Shown here one piece after another: positions 41,281 through 53,203 of a stretch of DNA of 53,467 nucleotides (the stretch's first letter is position 1; each line of letters opens with the position of its first letter). The notes below the pieces were generated by a model. That model made no database searches. It was not told the DNA's origin and saw only the letters and a program-made list of their open reading frames with translations. Position numbers and translations under genes: made by a program. Source of the stretch: Prorocentrum cordatum (taxonomy: Eukaryota); the NCBI GenBank assembly GCA_963575745.1, contig CAUYUJ010000313.1, positions 62,001-115,467 of the forward strand. Direction: 5' to 3'.

Positions 41281-41659
41281 ACGATAGATCATAACCGAAA
41301 AGCAGAGAATGGGGAAGCGAGGAACGACGACCGCGGCCCGCCCCTCTCTTGGGCATCAAAGGGGCCCCAAGAGCAGTGAAACTTAAGCCACGCGAGGGGG
41401 GCGCTCGCATGACTATAATTTACTGTTCTTGGGAACCACTTGCAGCCCTTTTCGGGGCCTCTCGGGACCTTCTTGGAGCCACCTCGGGGTTGCTGGGCCC
41501 TCTTGAAGCCTGGTTGGGTGCCCTCTTGGGGCCCCGTGGGGGGCCTCTTGGAGGTCTCTTGGGCCCTCTTGGGGCCCTCTTGGGGTCATCTTGGGCCCTC
41601 TTGGAGCCCTCTCGAGGCCTTCTTGGGGGGCCTCTTGGCAGCGAAGTAGCCCTCAACAA

Positions 41660-41711
41660 CAGTGAAACTTAAGTCACGCGAGAGGGCACTCGCTTGACTG
41701 AAGTTTCACTG
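41660..41711. repeat. 52-bp near-perfect hairpin; diverged second copy at 41374-41425
   Basis: cagtgaaactt-a-agtca-c-gcgag [agggca] ctcgc-t-tgact-g-aagtttcactg. Confidence 0.85.
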
Positions 41712-41757
41712 CTGCCAGTGCCTCGCGGTGCTGCGCGTTGCCGTTCGTGGCCGAGGC

Positions 41758-42205
41758 AGTCCGCAGATTGTACTGTCATGTGCGGAGACAGGGTCCCCAC
41801 CCAGGCCCCACCCCCCTGACTAGGCACCAAGGTCGGGGCACCATCGGGTTGACGAGCAGCGGTCGTGGACAATGACCGAATCCGCAGATTGCACTGTGAA
41901 ATGTGGACAGCAATTTCCAGGTGGTCGTCCGCAGATTGTACTGTCAAGTGCGGACAGAGTGTCCCCAGTCCACAGACTGCACTTTCAAGTGCGGACAGAT
42001 TGCCTGGGCCTGAGCGCACAATCTGCGGACAAGGGGTGCGCCCACAGGGCAATCTGCGGACACGCACGTTTTCCGCATATGGTCCTGGGGTCGTCTGGCG
42101 CACGCATATAGAATCCGCAGATCGGGGGTGGGGCAGCCGTGCTGCCGGCTCCGAATCCACAGATCGAGGAGGGGAATCTTGTCTGCGCGCGCCGAATCCA
42201 CAGCT
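41758..42205. repeat. Cluster of tccgcagatt / aatctgcgga motifs in both orientations
   Basis: At least four gtccgcagattg.actgt....tgcggacag units plus inverted aatctgcggac copies; an outlier at ~40655. Confidence 0.8.
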
Positions 42206-44222
42206 GAATTTTCTTGAGAACCCCCTTCGATGCTCTTGGGCCCCCCCCCCGCCCAGGCCACACGGGAGGCACCCAAGCCCCTGGGAGGTCAGGACCATCC
42301 CTATGCCTAGAGTTGCGAGGATGCATCAGGCGGAACGGGCCAGACCACCTCAGGTCAGAACATCTCTGAACCTGCAGATGCGAGGACGTCTCAGGCGAAA
42401 CGGGCTGGATCACCTCGGGTCAGGACATAGCGGAGCCCAGAATTGCGAAGATGTCTCAGGCGAAACGGGCCGGCCACCTCGCGAGCGGCACTTCCTCTGA
42501 GTGTTCCTGTTTCTCCTGCTGCTCATCCTCCTGCTGCTGCTGCTCCTCCTCCTCCTCGTCGTCGTCGTCCCCCTCCTCCTCCTCCCGACTCGCAGGAAGA
42601 AGGAGGAGAGGAGGAGGGGGGGCGGAGGAGGAGGAAGAGGAAGAGGAAGAAAAGGAGGAGGAGGACGCGCCGGAGAAGGAGGGAAAACGGGTGTTTGAGG
42701 GAGGATGGATCTGAGCTGGCCTGCTCGCCGTTGTCACCCGTCGCCCGGCGACGGAAGAGGCAGAAAAGGGGGGTCGCAGGGGGCGCTCTTCCTTGCAATG
42801 CCCGTTCGGCCCGCATTTGGGCCGAAGGGGGGGTTCTTCCTTGTATTTCCCAGACTCGGCCCCAGCATGCGCGCTTGCGTAAGAACCCCGATGCCGCGAC
42901 CCCGAATCCACCAAAGCACGCGCACACACCCTCGAGCCGTGATCCTGAATGCACCAAAGCACCGTCTGGCACACCACTGATACTGCAACTACTGTGTTAG
43001 GCAGTATCTGAATATACACACCATGATAAGTATAGTGACGTTGCGACAATGCTACGGAATAGAATGCAACGCAGTGCCCATGCCATGCGACGCCTGGTTG
43101 CCTCATGAGGGCCCCGACAAAAGCGTGATTGATAATGCAATCGGGATATACATGCTGCGTCTTCTGCCGTAGCAGACCACATAACTACTCCGGGCTGCGA
43201 ACCGCAGGTTGCATGAATCTGCGGACTACGGCGGCTGGATGTGCACAGTCCTCAAGACGCAATGGCGCAGAGAACAACCCAAGGTTGGCGGGGATATCTT
43301 TTGGTACGCGGGCGCGCGAAACGAGTCGAACGCCGGGCTAGCAGGAGTTGGTGGTGATACTTGAAGCGTCAACAACTTGATAAGTCTTCCCCAAAGACAC
43401 AGAAAACTTCCCCGAAGGCCAGAGGGCTTCCGAGAAGCCCCGCCGCCTTCTGAGAAGGCATCGTCCTTCTCACTTCCCCCCCTCGCTCGCCGCCGAACAG
43501 TGCCATCGATATGTAGAAGGCACGGGTTGCGAAAAATAGGACACAAGGGTACCCTCGATTTGGCAGGGCCGACCCAATCATCAGCCTCGACTGTATCGAT
43601 AGCCCCCCCTCATCTCGTGAGAGGAAGATGTTCACTTCCGCCGCATTCCGCCTGACGCGGCCTTGAACGCATTGTTCCGGCACCCTCGTTTTGCCGCGCA
43701 TGGACAGCCAATTTGGAAAGGAAAGGTTCAACAATATGATTTTCCCATTGACCCTATAGGTGCTTAGGTGTAGTCTCTGATTGTCGCCCTTCCTGCGCGG
43801 CGAAAACTGTCCCCTGAACCGATGTGTCGTGCGACGTGGCTTTGTGATTGAGCGAGTGAACGCATTCAGCCTGCCTTCCGCCGGCCCCCGCCGGAGGAGG
43901 CACCTTCCTTTTGCTTCCGCCTCCTTCCGCCGAGGGAAAGAGATCAACTCCTTCGATCCTCGAAGGCGAGACCTTTTCCGCCGACCCCTTGTGGGCCTCT
44001 GGGCGTGTGAGACCAATTTCCCAAACCCCCCCCCGGCCCTCGAAACCAGAAAATCAGCCCCCCACTCAGGCCCGGGACGACCTCCGGATGGACTCCTCGG
44101 GAGAGGAATCCTGGCGTCAATAGGGCTGCCAGGAGGCCCCTAAAATGGTCCAAGAGGGCCAACATTCGACGCAAGGTCGTTCGGAGGCCCCCCAGAGGGC
44201 ATCCAGACCGGTCAACACGGCT

Positions 44223-45990
44223 TCAGGCCGCCCGAATGCGAGACCGGGGCAGCCTCCACACGATGAGGCAGCCGCCCTGGGCGCCGATCTTCTCCGTCGC
44301 TGGGCCCGACTGCAGCGCCGCGCCGTCGGACATCGCGTTGCCGAACGAGCTGTCGGACACCACCACCACCACCAAGCCTAACCGTTGCAAGTCGACCGGC
44401 CGCGTCACGATCTTGAACGTCGAGTCGCGCTTCAGCTCCCTCGGCACCCGGTTCGCCCCGATCAAATCCGATGCCCTCGGCCCCTTCTCGCGACCTTCTC
44501 GCGCCGCAGCGCCGCCAGGTCGCACGAGCGGTCGACCCTCAGTTTCGTCGCCAACCAATTTATCTTGCCAACCACCTGCTGGCACTGCTTCCACTCCGCC
44601 GCGTTCATCGGCAAGCGGGCCGACGCGCGCTGGCCCCGGGGCAGTCACAGGCTCCAGGCCGGCCGCGCACTCCATCAGGTCGATGACGATGGCTCCTCCA
44701 GGATGCCGCTTGAAGCGCGTGCCGCAGAACGCGAAGTCGTCGTGCTCCTCGCTGCCGAAGCCGAACCCCTCCCCCAGCGCGCCCATCACCTTCGCCATCT
44801 TGTCGTCCCCCGCCCAGAGGAAGTCGCCCACGTGAATTCAGACGCAGCACCACGGGCTGCCCGGGCCCCACTTCTTCGGACCGCGCAGCACCAGGAAGGC
44901 GGGGTCCGACCGAGAAGCCCCCAGTCCCAGCTTGCGGCCGCTGAGAACACCTTCAAGTACCATGGCCTCGGCACCGTCGGCAGTCCAAACACGCCTTTCC
45001 GCACTCTCGCAAGCCGACCTCGCGGGATATCAGCGAGCGCAGGCCCGCGTAGAGGAGCGCGGATCACCGAGCCTCGCTCGTCCAACTCACCTTTCAGGAA
45101 GGCGCCGTTCACGCCCTTAGACCCGAACTTCCACTCTGGGCGCGACGCTGCCACCGGCATCAGGACCATCTCCGACTGCGTCGTCGCGAAGGGGGCGCCC
45201 ACGCGAACATTTGCCATGCGGCCCTCTGGGGAATTTCGGACTGACCATCGCGACCGCCCAGAATTACCATTTAGTGGCACTGAGTGGCCGTTCAGCGGCC
45301 TGTAGCGGCCGTTCAGCGGCACTCCACGGCTTTTAGCGGCCCCGAAAATTACCTTTCAGCTGCACCTAGCGGCCGCTACTGGCTCCGTGAAATACCATTT
45401 ACTGGCACTCAATTGGCCGCTAGCGGCTCCGAGAATGACCATATAGTGGCACCTACTGGCCGTTAGTGGCTCCGAGTATTAGAATACCATGGAGCGGCCC
45501 TTAGTTGCCCGAGATCCACCAAGCAATGGCACTGAGCGGCCATCAGCGGTTCCGAAAATTACCATTTAGCGGCACTTCGTGGCCGTTTGTGGTTCCGAGA
45601 ATTACCACTCAGTGGCACTCAGTGGCCGCGTTGCCCCATCTGGGCCACGGGCATATAAGTCAAAGCTCGGGGTCGCTGACCTCCGTGAAACCACGGGCGC
45701 GCGAGTGCGACCGCCAGCCCCATCGGGGCCGCAAGCGCTCGCGCCGTTAAGTGCCGCTAAGGGCCGCTATCTTCAAAAAGAAACCCAATTCGAATAAATT
45801 CTACAGTACCCCATGTTGGCCACATAACATTCGCCATCGCGTCAGATCGCCCAGGGTCGCCGAAGTTGACCACGAGCCTCGCGTTCGCCGTCAGCGGTAG
45901 GATGTTCGCGTCCGTCCGCAGCGGGTCGTTCTGGTCCGTCAACACCCACCGGGTGCTCATGATGTAGTCGCCCTCGCCTCCGCGCTTCAT
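44223..45990 (-). pseudogene. Copia-type reverse transcriptase and start of RNase H, interrupted by an insertion
   Basis: STRWVLT, ANARLVV, GVNGAFLKG, KGVFGLPTVPRPWY, HVGDFLWAG (decayed HVDD), FAFCG; RNase H start VSDSSFGN..QGG. Confidence 0.88.
45216..45825. mobile_element. MITE-like insertion with ~43-bp internal tandem repeats and a 10-bp TSD
   Basis: Flanks aacatttgcc (45206-45215) and aacattcgcc (45826-45835). Ends atgcggcc..tgggg and cccca..ggccacat form an imperfect TIR. Removing it rejoins the RT as ARLVVNFGDP..MANVRVGAP. Confidence 0.75.
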
Positions 45991-47364
45991 CGACTCCTCG
46001 AGCTCGGAGGACTCCTACTCCAGCAGCACCTCCACGGACTCGGCGTCGATCCACTTGGCCCAATGCGACGCCGCTGCCTCCTCGTAACTCGCCTATGTTG
46101 GCGGATCCGTACGGCTCGAGACCTTCTCCTTCTGGGCCTGCCCCTGCGCGAGCATCGCCTCGAACCTCGGGTCGGCCCGTTCCACCGCCCCCAGCTGATC
46201 CCGAAACCTTCCCGAGTCCACCTCGGGGGCCTTCCAAGGCCAGCCGGCAACTCTCTTCGATACCTTCTTGACCCAAAGCGCCTCATCAGGGCGCATGGGC
46301 TCCGGGGGTCCGCCAGGTCCTCCACGAGATGGTGCTTCTGGTAGCTCGGCTGTCTCCGCGTCACGCTTCTGCCCCTGCCGAGGCGGCCCCATCCCCCGCT
46401 GGCTGAGTCTGGCCCCCCACCAGGCCCTGAGCTGTCTCTGCCTCAGGAATGGGCGGCGCACTCGGCGCGAAGTGGCCATGGGGCCCGAACAGACCCTCAA
46501 AGATGTTCGCCACCGGCGTCGGTCGAGGTGCCCTCGGTCTCGGTCATTCTCGCGCCCCGCCAACGAGCTTCTGGATGGTCGCGGCCACGCGTAACACCCT
46601 CGACTCGTCCGGATCCTCGCCCTGCTCGCGCAGCCTCTGAGCCACCTCCTTCAGGAGATCAGTCCTTCCGCTATGCTGAGAGCCCGTCTTCCTCGAGAAC
46701 GCAGCGCTCGAGATCGGGTCCGTCTCGCCAGCAGCCGCGGCACCAGCTATCGCAGCAGCCATACCTGCCGCGGTCATCTCGGCCAGCGGCACCTGCTGCC
46801 CCCCCGTGCCCACGCGGCCTCCTCTGCCTGAGAGGGCCGAGCGCCCTCGCCTGGCACCTCGGGCCCGTCGTCGTCGCCTTGGCCTGCCTCGACCTCCTCC
46901 TCGCGCGCCTTGGTCGCATCTTCCACGCAGATCTCCTCGTCGCCCTCCGCGTCGAGCAGCGCCCCCCCACGATATCCAGCTGCTCTGCCCCGCCGGGCGA
47001 CGCGCGGCGGACCGGCGCTGGGTCGCACTCGGCTGACAAGCCCTCGCACGAGAGGTAGATGGCCGCCGGCTCGACGCCCATGACCACGGCCAGCCCGCGC
47101 CAGGCCTTGAAAACCAAGGCTTGACCCTTCCTCCGCCGATCATTGCGCTCACCTTCGCGGTGGAAGTAAACCACGTCGCCACGCCTCACGTTCGCGCTGG
47201 GCGGCATCCGACGACTGCGAGCAACCAGGGCTCGACGCAGCCTCTTACTGGCGCCCAGATTCCCCAGCGCCACCTTCACCGCGCTGTAAACCTGCGAGCG
47301 CTTCGTCACGCAGGGGTCGTCGTCCACAGCATCGCGCTCCGCGAGCTGGGATCGCCCGCGCTCA

Positions 47365-48050
47365 CTAAGCAACCCCCACGGCAACTGCCGGGATCTTCCG
47401 GGCACGAGCTGCGCCCGCGAAAAGCTGGACTCGTTGATCCGCTCGCTGATTCTTGACCCAGGTGATCATCACGGCAACGGCCGCCACCTCCAGCTCCGTC
47501 TCGATATCCGTCTCCGTGGTGCTAGCCCTCCAAAGCAGCTTCCACTCGCCTCCAGCACGCTCGCACATGCCGCTCTGCCACGGCGCCTCCACTGCCGCGA
47601 ACCAGACCTGCATGCCGCAACCATCCAGCAGTCGGAAAACCTCCTCGTAGAACTCGCCGCCGCTGTCGCACGCCAACGAGTTGGTCACGCCAGCCCAGCT
47701 GAACCAAACCAGCTCTAGCGCCTGCGCCACCACGCCGAGGCGCTTGCTCCTGGCGGGCGCCACCACCTGGAAGGACGTCTTGACGTCAACGATGTTGAGC
47801 ATCTCCAGCGCCGCGCCAGAGCTCGTGCGCACCGTGAATAGGCCGATCGAGATCTGCTCGCCGAACTCTCGCCGGGAACCGGGCATGTCCAACGGCGGGC
47901 CTGTTCATCTCGTGGCACCCCGGGCACTGCAGCTGCACCGCCGCCGCAATCGCCTCGTCGCTAGCCCCGCAAGCTCGAAACGCTCGCACAAGCTGGTCCG
48001 TCGAAGCGAGTCGAAGGTTCTTGCGCAGGCGCAGCACCGCGTTCTTCACC
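47365..48050 (-). pseudogene. Retroviral-type integrase remnant
   Basis: LRKNLRL..CPGC (decayed HHCC); LNIVD; WFSWAG..CDSGGEF; EAPWQSGMCERAGG (DDE core). Confidence 0.88.
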
Positions 48051-48189
48051 TCCTTCGCGACCTGCACCTTCTTTAACTCCGTCTGATCCTCTAAGGGTTC
48101 CACGGTGGCCAGGTAGTCCACGAACCAACTGTCGCCCACCTCCTCGGGGTCCGCCTCCGGGACCTCGCCCACGTTTGGCACCTCCGTCT

Positions 48190-48710
48190 GCCCGTAGACA
48201 CACTGTCTATCGAGCTCGATCAGCAACTCCTCGTGCGACTCCAGAAACCTCGCAGGCCTCCGACGCGCTCCTCCCCGTTCTGAAACGAGCCCGCACAAGC
48301 ACTGGCACACCTCCGCGGCGAAGCCCTGCTGGATGAGCTCCCGCAGCTCCGGCTCGCCCCAAGCTCAAGACGACATCGGGCTCTCGATCAGCCAGGCACC
48401 TCCGCAATCCATCACCACTTCCGCCAGTTTCTTCACAAAGTTGAGGAACGGCCAGTCTCGGAGCTGCCTCTCGGGCACCTTCGCCTGATCCTTCTGAAAG
48501 TAAGCCAGGTTACTCCAGGGCGCGCAGGGGCAAGCCATCAGCACCAGCTTCGGCTTCTTCGTCACGACGTCCTGCAACGCCTCTCGCTGCCTCTCCGGAG
48601 ACCGCAGGTCGCCCCCGAACACCAATGAGTAGCTCTTCATAGCAGGGGGCCTCTGCCAAGCCGCATCCATGCGCACCGCCTCCTTCGTCGCGAAGACCTC
48701 CGTGATCCAA
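48190..48710 (-). pseudogene. C5-cytosine DNA methyltransferase-like domain inside the polyprotein
   Basis: ITEVFA (motif I-like), GGDL, PKLVLMACPCAPWS (motif IV PC), WLIESPMSS (motif VI ENP-like), VCQCLCGL..RRPARFL (motif VIII-like). One in-frame TGA at 48365-48367. Confidence 0.65.
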
Positions 48711-50029
48711 GGCTGGCGCCTGGTCGCCTCGCTCATCACTGCCTCGCACTCGGCGCCCCGCGAATCGAAGCGGGACCCGAACTCCGCCAAGCAGGCCTCG
48801 AACTTGATGCTGGCCGTGTCCAGGTCGCGCTGCAAGGAGTGCAGCTGGTCCCTCATCAACGTCTTGATGCCGAATTTCATCTTCACCACCGCCGGGGCCA
48901 GGTCGACCTGTTCCATGAATTTCACCTCCTTGACGATCTTCACTGGCATCACCACGCCCAGCATGGCGGCTGCAAACAACCACCTCGAAAGCGCGGACGG
49001 ACCTCTAGCTGCAGGTCGCGCCCGATGATCAAGGCGGGGGTCGCGGTCCTGCGCCAGTCGACGCTGATCCTCTCGCCGCCAATCGACCTCGAACGAACAG
49101 CACCTCGTCGCACGGGTACGCCGCGTTCTTCAGCGCCTGCATCGCCATCAGTTCCGGGCCGCCATCCGTCGGCACCTCGCGGTCACGCACGTAGTCCACG
49201 AGCTCTTGCTCGCTCCTGATCCCAATCGGCGGCAGCACCCGCATACGCCTCATCGCCGAATCACTCGACGCCATCGAACTTGGAGCCCGGGCGCAGCGCT
49301 ACCTGATCCCTCGGCCACCTGAGGTGGCGGCGGGGCCCCGACGCTCACGAGCGCCTGACCTTCCTCTCGGGTGGTCCTCCATCTCGCCTTCGCGCCCGCT
49401 CCCATCCAACGGTCAATCAGCACCTCGACGCTCAATTGCCAAGCCCGCGAGATCTCCAGCACCTCCGCCATGTCCTCCAGCACGCCCCTGGGGGCCTGCA
49501 GTAGCTGGTCGCGATCGCACAGCAGCGGCCGACTCTCCGAATCCGGCGCCCGGGTCGGCTCTACCACGGGGGGCTCGGACCCCCAGTAGAGCCTCGTAAC
49601 GGCATTCCTCGGAGGATCCAGCCGCTCGAACAGATCCCCGTTCGATTGGCCCTCGATCCAGCGCAACTCCTCGACGGCGCACCCCGCGCCTGCACGAAAC
49701 GACTCGCGGGCGCTCGCCAGCTTCCAATTCGGGCCGTCGCGATTCGAGGACTTCAGTGCCCAGGCGTCGTCGTCCTGGCGCCCCCGCTCTCGCTGGTGGG
49801 AGACGTCTCTCCGGTCGGGCATCCGGTCGGGCATGCCCCAGACGCCTCCTTGTTCCTCGGGCGCGGCCCCACCCCAGCTCGCCGATCAGCCTCGCGCGCA
49901 GCATGCTCCGAGCGCAGCGTCATCAGCGCCTCCTTGACCTTCGACCGCACCCCGATCACCGCGTCGGCCGCGGTCGACGGACATCCCGTCGGGGGTCTCC
50001 AGCCGTCGCAGGAAGATCGGCATCGCGCT

Positions 50030-50410
50030 GCGGCCTCCATCTGTCTCGTTCAAGCGCTTGGGCGCGACCCCCAGCTTGTCCGACTCGAACGCGTCCTCCG
50101 CAAAGTTGACGTCCGCGCCCACGACGCGGAGCGCGCCCTCGCCGATCAGCAGCTGCAGCAGCGAGCCCCCAATGACCGAGAACGCCAGGTAGGCGCCCAC
50201 GTCGAACACCCTGGCCGGCACCGCCCGGCGCTCCCTGGAGACCTGCTTCCGGCTGCCCCAAACCTGAAAACAGCAAGCCGGGGCTCCATCTTGATATGGC
50301 CCTCGATCCCTAGCTCCTCGCACCGGACCCCGACCCCCATGGCCCATGGCGCGCGCGTCGCCCGAGACCGCGCTGCTGCAGGCCGAATCTAGCGCCCCGT
50401 CGTCGCCCTG
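50030..50410 (-). pseudogene. Retropepsin-like aspartic protease remnant
   Basis: GALDSACSSAVSG active-site-like motif, FRFG, and LLIGEGALRVVGADVNF. Confidence 0.7.
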
Positions 50411-50739
50411 ACCGCCGATCGAGGCAGACGAGAGCAGCGCCTCCTGCACCGCCACCTCCGCGCCCTTGTTGGTCGCCATCTCCATACTCGAGTCAGCAGA
50501 TGGCGCAGCGGACGTCGCGATCACCGCCTTGCAAACCGCACTCCTCACACCACGCCGGCACGGCGAGGTGCCCGAGGACGTGCGCGGCCACCAGCGCCTC
50601 GAACACCTTCGGGGCGTTGGCCCCCAGCGCCTCGTCGCCCGTCTTCGCGCCCAGCAGGCCGACCACCATCGCGCCTCGCGGCTTGAGCTTCTGCTGCAGC
50701 TTCCTCTTGGCCCGCTCGGCCCCCCATTCCCTCAGCTTC

Positions 50740-51980
50740 GGGCAGCTAGCGTCGCCGGCCCAGTGGCCTGTCTGACCGCGATCGCGGCAGTCGGAGGTCT
50801 CCATGTCGGGCGAGATGCCCTCATCAAAGCTGCCCACGAACTTCTCGCCGCCGCTTGAGCTTGTGCCCGAGACTCGACCGCCGCCCTTGCCACCGAACAA
50901 GCGGTCCCCGCGCAGTTTCTCCACTCGCTTCTTACCGTCTCGCACCGCCATGAGCCCCTCCATCACTACTCGACTCCACGCCGATCTCCAAGCTGCCGAG
51001 CTCCTGCGCCAGCTCGGGATCGCTCTCGGCTTCCTCGAGCACCCTCGAGAGCGCCCCCAGCTCTGCCGCGAAGAGTCCCTCGATGTCCAGCTCCTGCCCC
51101 GCCGTCGGGGCCTCCTCCGTCGCCCCCTCGTCGGCGTCGCCGTCGAAGCTGCCGAGCTCCGCGTTCAGGGCCTCGAGTTCGCCCTCGTCGAGCTGGCTGA
51201 GGCCATCGAAGTCCCCCGTCACGTGGCCCCCATTGAACTTGCGGATCACCTTCTTCTTCAGAAATTGTGTTCCGGGTCGGTTGAAGGTGATCGGCTTCCT
51301 GGTTCGATCGAAAACGTTGCGGCACCGCTCCGTCGCATGCAGGTTGGGAAACACTCGCAGCATCGCAGGTACTACCTCGCGTATCTCCATGCTTCCGCCG
51401 GCAGAGGCCATCAGCATAATTTTCTGTGCGTCTGTCAGGCCCGTCTTCTCGATCAGCCACCAGCCTGCCGCGCAAGCCGGCAGAGCCACATCTTCCTCGT
51501 CCAACTGGCTACGAGCCTCGCCGAACCGTATCATCCACGCGTTCAGGTCCTCGCCAGCTCTCCTACGCAGCCGCTTGTAGAAATATGTCATAACCTGCCC
51601 ACGACGCGTCGGTTCGTCAACCCTCATCGTCGCGAGCTCCTCCATCAACCTGTTCATGCCTGCCATGGGGTCAGACACCTCCCAGTGGCCGCGTTCCTCG
51701 TCCTGCTCATCTCCGTCGGCCTCCGCGTCACCCTCGGGCTACTCCGCGTCAGGCACCCACGTTCAGGGCTTCGCACGCAGCTCCACCATCGAGATGGACT
51801 CCGCCAGCGTCTTCGCCAGCCCCGTCAGGCATCGCGCCATCCTGGCCGCCCAAAACCAGCTCACGCCCAGGTTGATGCCTCCTATCCAATGGCTACGTCC
51901 TTCTTGCAGCGCCGCCACCTTCCCGCTGAGCCGTCCCAGGAAGGGATGCCCTCAAGGTCGCGGCACGTCCACTGCGGCGC
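50740..51980 (-). pseudogene. gag remnant with degenerate zinc knuckle
   Basis: IPSWDGSAGRWRR; FYKRLRRRAGEDLNAWMIRF; GWWLIEKTGL; CRDRGQTGHWAGDASC (CCHC with second C lost). Confidence 0.75.
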
Positions 51981-53172
51981 GGTCGTCCAAGAGGTGGCCG
52001 ATGAACGACGCCACCAAACGCCTCGAGCACCTGCGCCGCCGCCGCCGTCACGTCGAGGTGGCGCGTCTGGGCTGAGCACTCCTCCGCCCATCTCCGGCGG
52101 TCTCCTCTGAGTCGATGTCGCACGCCCATGCTCCATCGCGCCCATGTCGTAGTCGTCCGTGGTCACGTTCTCGCTGCTGCCGTCGTCCAGCGTCCGTCTG
52201 AACCCAGCACCTCGTAGATCTTCTCGCCATCGGCCGATTGGCGCCCGCGCGGCGGAGGGCTCCGCTACCACTGCGAGACCAAGGTAGCCTCCAGCGGCGC
52301 CCCTCTCCGGCGCCACAGCGCGGGCAGGCGGCGAAGCCCGGCATGGCTCGGAGGGACGAGCGCGCCGTTTCTCCCGGACAACCGCTCCAATGGCCAAGTT
52401 GTCTCAAGCCGGCTTGAGCAAAGCGGGCAGCGGTGAGACAGCTGAGGCATCGGGGGACAAGCGGGGCAGAGAGAGGCTATCGGAGAGCGGGCAGGGGAGA
52501 TAATCCAGGGAAATCACATTCTTACGACACCGAAGAGGCCTCCAAGGGCATCTCTCGAAAGGGTCATACCATTTTAGCATTGTTCGCCGTTTACGCTTCC
52601 ACGGCGTGGAAGCTGACCTAAGAGGCCACCACGATCGCTCCACACGGCCCCAGAGGCTTCCAAGACGGTTGCAAAAAGCTCCCCAAGAGACCCCAACTTA
52701 CATCCTAGAGGCCTCTGGCTCACAAACCCAGACACAGTGGCGGGATGGGACGACGGCAACTAGATGCAATTCCCCCGAGGTACATATTCGACGTCCACCG
52801 CTTAACGCTATGGGTGTAAGCGCGCTACCCGTCATCAACGTGCCGTCCGTCTTATCGGGCACACGCAGATGGAGAAGCAGAAGCCTCTCAAGCATCACAA
52901 AAGCAAAAGGCAACCAAAATCGCATGGCCTTCCTCAGGGTCGGCCGATGTCGCGCAAGCCTGTAATAGATTCCTCCCGAAAGCCGCCCCCCAACAGAGGG
53001 GGATGTTAGACCCAGCCCGACGGTGCTGACTGGTGCTCTGCTGCATTCCCCCTGCATTCCCCTCCTCCTCCCTCTCCGCCCCCCTACGACGGCGATGACG
53101 GCAGCGACGTCTGCGACAGCGGCAACAGCAGCGGAACCGCCGCCGTCGCCGCCGCCGCCAACAACGACGACA

Positions 53173-53203
<31 letters not shown>

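Larger units (their letters stand above)
44223..52529 (-). mobile_element. Decayed Ty1/copia-order LTR retrotransposon (gag-PR-[DNMT-like]-IN-RT-partial RH), 3'-truncated
   Basis: Domain remnants in copia order (IN before RT). Putative 5' LTR starts TGTCGTAAG at 52529, abutting an unrelated repeat; no 3' LTR seen. Many stops and frameshifts. Confidence 0.88.

Noticed and set aside
43900..44230. 3' LTR of the copia element
   Set aside because: No match to 52400-52529 was found; the element ends within RNase H at an unrelated repeat.
50803..52110. 435-aa plus-strand ORF (similarly 44385-45305 and 23497-24438)
   Set aside because: Antisense shadows of GC3-rich retroelement coding sequence on the minus strand.
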